DNA of 42,069 nt from Brevundimonas sp. (lineage in GTDB: Bacteria; Pseudomonadota; Alphaproteobacteria; Caulobacterales; Caulobacteraceae). The position numbers were made by a program, and so were the translations under genes. Shown here piece after piece: positions 17,101 through 23,946 of the stretch. Numbering within the stretch: position 1 is the first letter of the stretch; every line of letters starts with the position of its first letter. The DNA is taken from positions 1 to 42,069 of the forward strand of contig JBKBUS010000001.1 in NCBI GenBank assembly GCA_046290035.1. The letters are read 5' to 3'. Below the pieces are notes generated by a model. That model searched no databases, had not been told where the DNA came from, and saw only the letters and a program-made list of their open reading frames with translations.

Positions 17101-18510
17101 ATCGGCCTTCCAGCGACCGGGCAGATGGGCGGCGTGGGCCTCGCCAGCGTAGATGACGGTCTCGAGCTGGGCGCCGGAGAGGGCGCCGTCGGTGACAAGT
17201 CGAGCGGGCAGGAGAGGACGGTAGGTCGGAACCGGCAGCCGCACGGCGGCCATGGCGACGGATTCGACAAGCGTAGTCGGATGCGCCTGGGCCCCGGCGA
17301 TGTCGATCGTGGCGACGGCGTAGGATTCGTAGAGTCCCTCGCTGGAGCCGACCTGAGCCGCGTTCTTGGCGCGTAGGGTGTAGGCCAGAGGTTGGACGTC
17401 CTGGAAGTCGGCCGAGGCGGCCGGCGTCACCGGCGCATGTTTGGCGGGCTTCAGGGTCGGGCGGAGTAGGACCGGCCGAGCGACGACAGGCCGCGGCCGC
17501 GGCTCGACGCGAAGGCGGGGCGCGAGGTTCTGCAGGGAGGCCAGCAGGTCAGCGGTGTCGACCGCCATGGGCGAGGAGGGGCGCGGCGCTTCAGCAGGCG
17601 CGGCCACCTTGTCGACGACGGTCAGGCGGGTGTCGGTCGTGGTGCCGTGACGCGCGTAGGCGCGGCCGTCGAGGGCGCGGGTGAAGATGACCTGGCCGCC
17701 GGCGGCGCGAAGCGCATCGTAGCGATCTGGAAATTGCTCCGGGGACAGACCAGCGCCGGTGATGGCCACCAGGCGCCCGCCGATCGACAGGCGTTCAAGA
17801 GCTGCGGCGATGTGGCGGAAGTCTGCGCCGGCCGACCGCCCGGAGATGTTGGGCGAGGCCGAGAACGGGGGGTTCATCAGCACGAGGGTGGGGCGGATCG
17901 ACGGGTCGAGGCGGTCGTTCAGCTGCTCGGCATTGTGGCGGGTGACAGGATTGTCCCGGAAAACCGCATCGAGCAGCTCGGCGCGCTTGGGGTCCAGCTC
18001 GTTCAGGTGAACGCGAGCGCCGGCCAGCTCGGGGAAGACGGCGAGAAGGCCGGTGCCGGCGCTGGGCTCGATGACAACGTCGCCCGGCCGCGGGTCCAAA
18101 GCGGTGGAAGCGACATAGGCGAGATCCAGGGGGGTGGAGAACTGCTGGAAGGCGACCTGATCTTCCGAGCGGCGGGTCTGAGAGGGCGCGAGGCCGCTGA
18201 TGTCGACCAAGCGAGCGAGAGTGTCGGCCGGGGCGATGCCGTTGCCCATGAGGGTGGCGCTGTGCCGGCGGAGGAAGAGCACCTGAGCCAGCTCGGCCGC
18301 TTCATAGGCGTCCTTCCAGGTCCACGCGCCCTCCGCGTCGGAGGCGCCGAAGGCGTCCTGCAGCGTGGTGCGCAGAACGCGGGCGTCCAGCTGGCGACCC
18401 TTCGCCAGAGACAGGGCGAGGACCCAAGCGGCCGCGACCAGGCCGTCAGTGCGCGAGGTGGCGCCGAACAGGTTGATGCTGGACGTTGAGAAGAGGGCGT
18501 CTTGGGACAC
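14185..18510 (-). CDS. N6-adenine methyltransferase fused to a strawberry-notch family SF2 helicase (DarB-like architecture)
   Basis: QQFSTP, EPSAGTG (motif I), NPPF (motif IV), GDGTGAGKGR (Walker A), DEAH, SATGA, QGLGRTNRTNQ. GGAG RBS + GTG at 18510. Confidence 0.92.
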   Translation of the reverse strand: MSQDALFSTSSINLFGATSRTDGLVAAAWVLALSLAKGRQLDARVLRTTLQDAFGASDAEGAWTWKDAYEAAELAQVLFLRRHSATLMGNGIAPADTLARLVDISGLAPSQTRRSEDQVAFQQFSTPLDLAYVASTALDPRPGDVVIEPSAGTGLLAVFPELAGARVHLNELDPKRAELLDAVFRDNPVTRHNAEQLNDRLDPSIRPTLVLMNPPFSASPNISGRSAGADFRHIAAALERLSIGGRLVAITGAGLSPEQFPDRYDALRAAGGQVIFTRALDGRAYARHGTTTDTRLTVVDKVAAPAEAPRPSSPMAVDTADLLASLQNLAPRLRVEPRPRPVVARPVLLRPTLKPAKHAPVTPAASADFQDVQPLAYTLRAKNAAQVGSSEGLYESYAVATIDIAGAQAHPTTLVESVAMAAVRLPVPTYRPLLPARLVTDGALSGAQLETVIYAGEAHAAHLPGRWKADESYDNLIAAGEDNGAAYRRGFFLGDGTGAGKGRQSAAIGLDNWLQGRRRIVWVSKNDPLIEDARRDWSALGGLPQQIVPQSRFPLGATITLTEGILFTTYATLRSGPRGDKASRLDQLLAWLGPDFDGLIIFDEAHAMANAAGEKGARGDRGPSEQGKVGLRLQNALPNARILYVSATGATVVSNLGYAARLGLWGGANFPFPTRASFVAAMEAGGVAAMEVLARDLKALGLYTARSLSYAGVEYEMLEHELTPAQIEIYDAYADAFSVIHNNLDDALRLTNVTDEDGGTLNGNAKGAARSAFEGAKQRFFSILLNSMKVPTVIAQIEKDLVAGMAPVIQVVTTGEALTERRLSEIPVSEWSDIQVDVTPREYVLDYLMNSFPIALHETFSDEEGNIRSRPAYDGGNLVVCQAALERRDQLIEHLGSLPPVGAALDQLIQHFGSDVIAEVTGRSRRIVRKSGPDGDRLAVERRPASSNQAETAAFMDGVKQILVFSDAGGTGRSYHADLGAKNRAKRAHYLLEPGWRADAAVQGLGRTNRTNQAHAPLFRPVATNVKGEKRFLSTIARRLDSLGALTKGQRQTGGQGLFRPEDNLESDYAKTALRRLYRMLYRGEIAGLSLIEFEEATGLSLVDQDGSLKEDLPPITTFLNRVLAMRIAQQNAIFGYLEERIEAEVEAAIAAGTYEIGVEQLTAERFDIVSERTIFTHPESGAETRLIEIRQVERLRPLSSSDALRLCDEAEGRLLVNQHSGRAAVAVRTASLMHENGEMEERRRLFRPLHQERLSRKALDSSHWQSASPEEFRRAWEAEVSALPETAETTFHLVTGLLLPIWSRLPNDATRVYRLQASNGDRLIGRMVEPAALPGVCTAFGLAAPDVDPAAAWSMVLEHGATLQLTDGLSVRRSLVMGLPRVEVVGADRSALPGLKAAGMRTEIISYQTRLFIPVGADGPRILGDLIARHSITSIRRRSA

Positions 18511-18625
18511 GAGCGGATCTCCGATGCTGCTGATCGCGATCGCCGGAGGGCTCTCTCTCCCATTCCCCGATCGCATCCCTTTCCCAGCCTCTCTCTTCCT
18601 CTCGAGGCCGGAAGCCGCTCCGACG

Positions 18626-18862
18626 TCAGCCGGCGTGGCGCGCTGGTTGCGGCTGGAAGAGGGGCAGGGCGGAAGCGTCGGCCGACGTCGTGTCGCCGAG
18701 GCGCGGATAGGGCAGGGCGGGGAGGTGCCGCGCGGCCAATTTGGCTGCGAGGGTGAGCGGCCAAGCGTAGACGTACTTGCCCGCGCCGAGCCGTTTGAGG
18801 ATCTGTCTCTCGGCGATCAGCCGATCGAGCCAGGCGCGGGGCGTCTCGTGGGGTCGGCGAGA
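18626..18862 (-). pseudogene. 3' remnant of a Mom-like DNA-modification gene; 5' part missing
   Basis: RRPHETPRAWLDRL...GKYVYAWPL...LPALPYPR resembles the Mom-family C-terminus (Y..L...PYPK). Upstream of about 18865 the frame is simply antisense traN. Confidence 0.5.
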
Positions 18863-18865
18863 AGC

Positions 18866-21490
18866 CAGGAATGCCGGTCGATCTACGTGCCGGTGTTCGA
18901 CACCGACTACGTCTACGCCTGCCGGCAGGGAACCGAGTGGCGCAGCGAGAGCCGGACCTGCGAGCCCGAGCGGATCGTCACGGTCGACGAGGACTACGTC
19001 TATACCTGTCAAACCGGGACGATCTGGACCCACACGCCGGCGAGCTGCCAGCGGCGGCGGATCGTCGTCGTCGACGAGGACTATCAGTACGGCTGCGTCC
19101 AGACCTGGAACGGAAGCACCCACGCCGGCAACGCCGCCTGTACGGCGGTCGGCCAGCCGGGCTGCACCCCCACGACCGGCCGTGTCTGCACCCAGCCCTC
19201 CGGTCTGCCGTCGAGCTACACCTGCCAGACCGGCTACCAGGGAACGGTGAGCGGTCAGGCCTGCGGTGAGACGCTGAACGTCTCGACATCTTCGACGTGG
19301 CTCTACACTTGGAACACCGGCAAGACGACGCTTCAGCGGCCGATGACGGATCCTTTCGCGGACGCGGGATGCGCGGGCGGGCGCCCCTACAAGTCCGGCA
19401 GCTTCTATCAGTACGATTATAGCTGTCCGGCGAAGTTGCCGGAGCCTATCCGCGTCGAGTTCGGCAGCGCCTGGCTGGTGTCGCAGTCCGGCACTGTCAC
19501 GGGCACAACCTGGAGCCCGGACGGAGGCTCCTGCACGGCCGCGGAATCGAGCGCGTGCTCCTTCTCGCGTTATGTCTGTCTGGAAGGCCCGGAGACCCGC
19601 ACCGTCAACGGAGTTGCGGTCTATCAGGACTGCTGGCGCCGGAACGCCGAATATACCTGTGGTTCGCGCACCGACTATGCGGGCTGCTCGCCGCCGGCTG
19701 GGATGACCGAAAGCGGCTCGCGCTGCATCGCCACCGACTCGGCCGGGACCTGCACCGGGACGGAGCGGACCTACACCGACCCCTCGGCGGGCTGCACCCG
19801 CTACGAACAGGGCGTGCGCTGCGAGACGCAGGTGCCGGGCGCCGGAACGCCGAGCGAGATCCTGCGCGATGTCGTTTCGGACACGTGGGACAACGGCTGC
19901 GCGGCGCTGCGGGGCAATGGCGCGTGCGTGAAGCAGGGCGAGGTCGTCATCGAGGGCGAGCAGACCCGCGTCATCAACGGCCTGCCGGTCACTCGCAATC
20001 CCTGGACCGTGCGCGAGGACTACATCTGTTCGTCGTCGTCGAATGTGAACAGCTGCTCGCCGTTCACGGGGTGCGTCCAGCAGGCGCAGAGCTGCGCCAG
20101 CCAGGACCGGGCGGGGAACTGCACCGCCTACAACCGCACCTACCGGTGTGAGAACCCGGCGAACGATGGCGGGACGCCCGTCGAGACGCCGCGCGAGGTC
20201 GTCGGAGAATACTGGACCGACCCCTGCGCGACGAACCGCAACGACCCGGCCTGCCGGATGACGGCCAACGAGGTCGTCATCGGCAACGAGACCCGCGTCA
20301 TCAACGGCCTGTCGGTGACGCGCGACCCGTGGCGCCGCCGCGAGACCTGGACCTGCGACCGGTCCTCGCCGGTCAACACTTGCGCGCCGCTTGCGGGCTG
20401 CACCCAAACGGGTCAGGTGTGCGGCGGCCGAGCGCCTGACGGATCGTGCTCGGTTTACGACAACGTCTATCGCTGCGAGGTCGAGACTCCGCCGGCGGGC
20501 ACGCCGACCGGGACCGTCACGGACCAGGTGGGTGGCGGGATGGAGCCCCAGGCCTGCGAAGCGCGCACCGATGGCGCCTGCCGTCTCACCAACAGCGAGT
20601 GCACGCAGCCGGGCGGGACGCGGAACGTCAATGGCGTCCCGACGACCGCCGACTGCTGGGAACAGACCGACACCTACACCTGCGAGGGCCTCGGCCCGAC
20701 CGAGTCGAGCTGCAATCCGCCTTCGGGTTGCGAGCTGAAGGAAGAGGTCTGCCTGGACGACGTCCCGGCCGATCAGTGCCGGGCGTGGGAGAACGTCTAC
20801 GAGTGCACCCGCGAGGTCGTCACCGAGGAGACGAACAACAGCTGCCAGACCCGGGTCTGCATCGGCGATATGTGCGTGGGGACCGAGGACGAGGGCTCCG
20901 ATGAGATGCCGGACGCCCTCGCGGCGCTGCTGGCGGCCCGTCTTGCGGGCGAAGACTATTCGGAGAACCTGACGATCTTCAAAGGTCAGCCGATGCGGTG
21001 CCGCAAGGCCATCTTCGGCTTCCGGAACTGCTGCAAGGACTCGGGCTGGGGCGTCGACCTGGGCCTGACGCAGTGCTCGGAGGAAGAGAAGACCTTGATG
21101 CAGCGTCAGGAGGCCAAGGCGACCCACTACGTGGGGACCTACTGCTCGCAGAAGAGCTTCTTCGGCGTCTGCATCGAGAAGTCGATGCGCTATTGCGCCT
21201 TCGAAGGCACGATCGCGCGGATCGTCCAGGAGGCGGGCCGTCCGCAGGTGAACAAGACCTGGGGCACGCCGAAGGAGGCCGACTGCTCGGGCTTCACGAT
21301 CGAGGAATTCCAGCAGCTCGATCTGACCAACGTCGATTTCTCCGACTTCACCGACGAGATGATGAGCCGGTTCACGTCGCCGGATCCGAACAGCACGATC
21401 GGCCGCATCCAGTCGAACATCGAGAACCTGATGGGCTCGGGTTCGCCCGGGTTCGGTGAGACCAACGAAGCCGGCGGAGACGGGGAATGA
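18866..21490 (+). CDS. traN: F-type mating-pair stabilisation protein TraN, 5'-truncated
   Basis: Cys-rich, with C-terminal IFKG..RCRK...NCCKDSGWG..LGL.QCSEEEK.L, YVGTYC, YCAF...ARIVQE.GR.Q, DCSGFT.EEFQ.LD...DFSDF. No signal peptide or credible start upstream. Confidence 0.9.
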   Translation, partial: QECRSIYVPVFDTDYVYACRQGTEWRSESRTCEPERIVTVDEDYVYTCQTGTIWTHTPASCQRRRIVVVDEDYQYGCVQTWNGSTHAGNAACTAVGQPGCTPTTGRVCTQPSGLPSSYTCQTGYQGTVSGQACGETLNVSTSSTWLYTWNTGKTTLQRPMTDPFADAGCAGGRPYKSGSFYQYDYSCPAKLPEPIRVEFGSAWLVSQSGTVTGTTWSPDGGSCTAAESSACSFSRYVCLEGPETRTVNGVAVYQDCWRRNAEYTCGSRTDYAGCSPPAGMTESGSRCIATDSAGTCTGTERTYTDPSAGCTRYEQGVRCETQVPGAGTPSEILRDVVSDTWDNGCAALRGNGACVKQGEVVIEGEQTRVINGLPVTRNPWTVREDYICSSSSNVNSCSPFTGCVQQAQSCASQDRAGNCTAYNRTYRCENPANDGGTPVETPREVVGEYWTDPCATNRNDPACRMTANEVVIGNETRVINGLSVTRDPWRRRETWTCDRSSPVNTCAPLAGCTQTGQVCGGRAPDGSCSVYDNVYRCEVETPPAGTPTGTVTDQVGGGMEPQACEARTDGACRLTNSECTQPGGTRNVNGVPTTADCWEQTDTYTCEGLGPTESSCNPPSGCELKEEVCLDDVPADQCRAWENVYECTREVVTEETNNSCQTRVCIGDMCVGTEDEGSDEMPDALAALLAARLAGEDYSENLTIFKGQPMRCRKAIFGFRNCCKDSGWGVDLGLTQCSEEEKTLMQRQEAKATHYVGTYCSQKSFFGVCIEKSMRYCAFEGTIARIVQEAGRPQVNKTWGTPKEADCSGFTIEEFQQLDLTNVDFSDFTDEMMSRFTSPDPNSTIGRIQSNIENLMGSGSPGFGETNEAGGDGE

Positions 21491-22446
21491 CCCGCTCCGC
21501 GGCGACCATCAACAAGGGAATGTCGAACATGAAGGGTGCCGTTTCGCGCGCCATCCTGGGCGCGTCCGCGCTCGCCCTCGCCCTGACAGCCGTCCAGCCA
21601 GCCGCAGCGCAGCAAGTCCGGCCGGAGAACGCCTCGGCCGAGGAGTATTGCCGCCGCGATCTGGGGATGTGGTTCTACTGCCAGCGCCCCGAGCCGCCCG
21701 CCGAGGAAGCTGCGCCGACCGCGGCGGCGCCGATGACGCCGGCGGCCGTGCCGCCGGAGATTGCGGAGCTGGAGGAGTATCAGCGCCGTCTCGAGCAGGC
21801 GCGCCAGGTCGCGGTCTGGCGGCCGACGCCGGAGACGGTCGAGGAATACTACCGGCTGCAGCAGATCGCCCTGGAGAAGGGCGGCCTGTTCGCCGACCAT
21901 TTCCGCCGCCTGGTCTGGACGACGCCGGAGCTGGACTACACGGTCCAGCGGCCTGTCGTGGAGGTCGCCAAGCACGGCTGGACCGACGATCGTCTGGCGG
22001 ACCGCGATCTCTTCCTTCGCGGGATCTCCGACAAGGTGGGTCTCTTCTACGTCTACCGGGGCAGCTGCGGCGCCTGCACGATCGCGAGCCCGATCGTGCG
22101 GGCTTTCGCGGACCGGTATGGCGTCACCGTCCGGGCTGTGTCGGCCGACGGCGCGCCGAACTCGCATTTCCCGAACGCGGTGCGCGACCAGGGCCAACTC
22201 GCGGCCTGGGGCGTCCGCCAGACGACGCCGGCGTTGCTGTTCTTCCAGGCGTCCGACGTCGATCCGCGAACCGGCCAGATCCGCCCCCGCCGTGTGCGGG
22301 GTTCCAACGGGCAGATGATCGAGCTGCTGCCCTGCACCAAGCCCCAAGGCTGCCTGACCTACGCGGGGGCAGGGGTCATGTCGCTCGAGGACATCGCTGA
22401 ACGTCTTTTCGTCCTGCTCTCCAAAGAGCCGGGCACTGATTTCTAG
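21487..22446 (+). CDS. traF: F-type pilus assembly protein TraF (thioredoxin fold); start may be 21520 or 21529
   Basis: Signal peptide, GMWFYC, AVWRPTPETV..Y, LDYTVQRP, GLFYVYRGSCGAC, VSADG. Lies between traN and traH. Confidence 0.88.
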   Translation: MTRSAATINKGMSNMKGAVSRAILGASALALALTAVQPAAAQQVRPENASAEEYCRRDLGMWFYCQRPEPPAEEAAPTAAAPMTPAAVPPEIAELEEYQRRLEQARQVAVWRPTPETVEEYYRLQQIALEKGGLFADHFRRLVWTTPELDYTVQRPVVEVAKHGWTDDRLADRDLFLRGISDKVGLFYVYRGSCGACTIASPIVRAFADRYGVTVRAVSADGAPNSHFPNAVRDQGQLAAWGVRQTTPALLFFQASDVDPRTGQIRPRRVRGSNGQMIELLPCTKPQGCLTYAGAGVMSLEDIAERLFVLLSKEPGTDF

Positions 22447-22457
22447 GAGCCCAGAAC

Positions 22458-23936
22458 ATGCGCTGGATCAACGACCGCGCCCGCAAGGGCGCCCAACAGA
22501 AAACCCCGGCCGACAAGGCGACCCGCGGCCGCCGGCGTCGACGTCTCGCCCTGGTCGCGCTGACCACGACGAGCCTGACGCTCTTCTCGGCCTCGGCGCC
22601 GTTGGCGGACATCAACGACAGCATGGACGGTTATTGGTCGAGCTCGATCGGCTCGGCGAATGTGACCGGCCCGACCGCCTTCCAGGGCCAAAGCGCCGGC
22701 TATTACACGCTGGGCAACGTGGCCTTCCGGGGGCCGCAGGAAACAACGCAGATCGGGGCGATCCAGCTGCCCTCCGTTCGCGCCGGTTGCGGCGGGATCG
22801 ACATCTTCAGCGGCGGCTTCAGCTTCATCAACAGTGATCAGCTGGTCGCGCACATGAAGGCGGTCGCCTCGAATGCGATCAGCTACGCCTTCATGCTGGC
22901 CATCAAGAGCCTGTCGCCGATCGTCGCCGACCAGATCGAGTCCCTGCAGAAGGTCGCCGGCGACATCAACCAGTTCAACATGAACAGCTGCCAGCAGGCG
23001 CAGGCCCTGGTGGGGGGCCTTTGGGGTCGGAGCGACACGGCGTCGAACCAGATCTGCACGGACCTTTCGACGTATCGCGGCTTCTACTCGGACCGGATCG
23101 CGGCGCGGCATGACTGTCCGAACCGCATGGCGCAGAACCTCAACAATCTGCCGGAGTCTGACAAGAAGGTCATTCCGATCAACAAGAACATCGCCTGGGA
23201 GGCCACCCGGCAGCACCCGCTGTTGGCTGGCGACCGCGACCTGGCCGAGCTGTTCATGACGCTGACCGGGACCATCATCTATCGCTGCCCCGACAACAAC
23301 GGCTGCATCATCGACGTGCTGCCGGCGGAGGGCGCCAAGGATGGCGTGATCACCAAGCTGCTCGATGGCGGCGCGGTTCGGGTCCATCGCTGCGACACGA
23401 CCGACAAGTGCCTGAACCCGGTCAAGTATGGTGGGACGCAGACGCTCGCGTCGAACCGGGCGCTGAAGAACCGCGTCGAGGCGATGCTCCGGAGCATCAT
23501 CAACAAGATCCAGTCCCGCCAGACCCTGAGCCCGGCGGAGCAGGACTTCCTGAACATGGTGTCCCTGCCGGTCTACAAGATGGCCAGCGTGTATTCGGCG
23601 CAGCAGGGCGCGGCCGCGGCTGGAACGATGGCGCAGTACGCCGACGTGATCGCGCTGGACATGGTCTACACCTGGATCAACCGGTCGGTTTCGCAGGTGG
23701 AAGACGGCGCCCGGAACATGGTCGGCGTCGACGAGGTGCAGCTGGCCGAGTGGCGCGAGAGCATTGAGCAGGTTCGCTCGATCCTGAACGAGCGCCAGCA
23801 GGTCCTGAATTCGAAGACGTCGGCGATCGAGGACATGATCGCGCGGACGCAGCGGGCCGAACAGCAGCTGGCCGCTCGGATGGGCACGCGGATCGGCGAG
23901 ACCATCGCCTTCTCGGCCAGTATGACCCCCAACTGA
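22458..23936 (+). CDS. traH: F-type pilus assembly protein TraH
   Basis: NVTGP.AFQGQSAGYYTLG, LPSVRAGCGGIDIFSGGFSFIN, NSCQ.AQ.LV, MTLTGTII. Confidence 0.93.
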   Translation: MRWINDRARKGAQQKTPADKATRGRRRRRLALVALTTTSLTLFSASAPLADINDSMDGYWSSSIGSANVTGPTAFQGQSAGYYTLGNVAFRGPQETTQIGAIQLPSVRAGCGGIDIFSGGFSFINSDQLVAHMKAVASNAISYAFMLAIKSLSPIVADQIESLQKVAGDINQFNMNSCQQAQALVGGLWGRSDTASNQICTDLSTYRGFYSDRIAARHDCPNRMAQNLNNLPESDKKVIPINKNIAWEATRQHPLLAGDRDLAELFMTLTGTIIYRCPDNNGCIIDVLPAEGAKDGVITKLLDGGAVRVHRCDTTDKCLNPVKYGGTQTLASNRALKNRVEAMLRSIINKIQSRQTLSPAEQDFLNMVSLPVYKMASVYSAQQGAAAAGTMAQYADVIALDMVYTWINRSVSQVEDGARNMVGVDEVQLAEWRESIEQVRSILNERQQVLNSKTSAIEDMIARTQRAEQQLAARMGTRIGETIAFSASMTPN

Positions 23937-23946
23937 GGACGGCGAG

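Noticed and set aside
18545-18605. Pyrimidine-rich CT tract upstream of the MTase-helicase
   Set aside because: It is short with a single copy in the window, and no function can be supported from sequence alone.
18365-18865. N-terminal 167 codons of the 1041-aa ORF as part of TraN
   Set aside because: They overlap the helicase start and the Mom-like remnant on the opposite strand, and lack a signal peptide, RBS and TraN Cys pattern. The open frame looks fortuitous.
18863-21127. 833-aa minus-strand ORF as a full gene
   Set aside because: It is the antisense shadow of traN; only the last roughly 78 codons look like a real protein.
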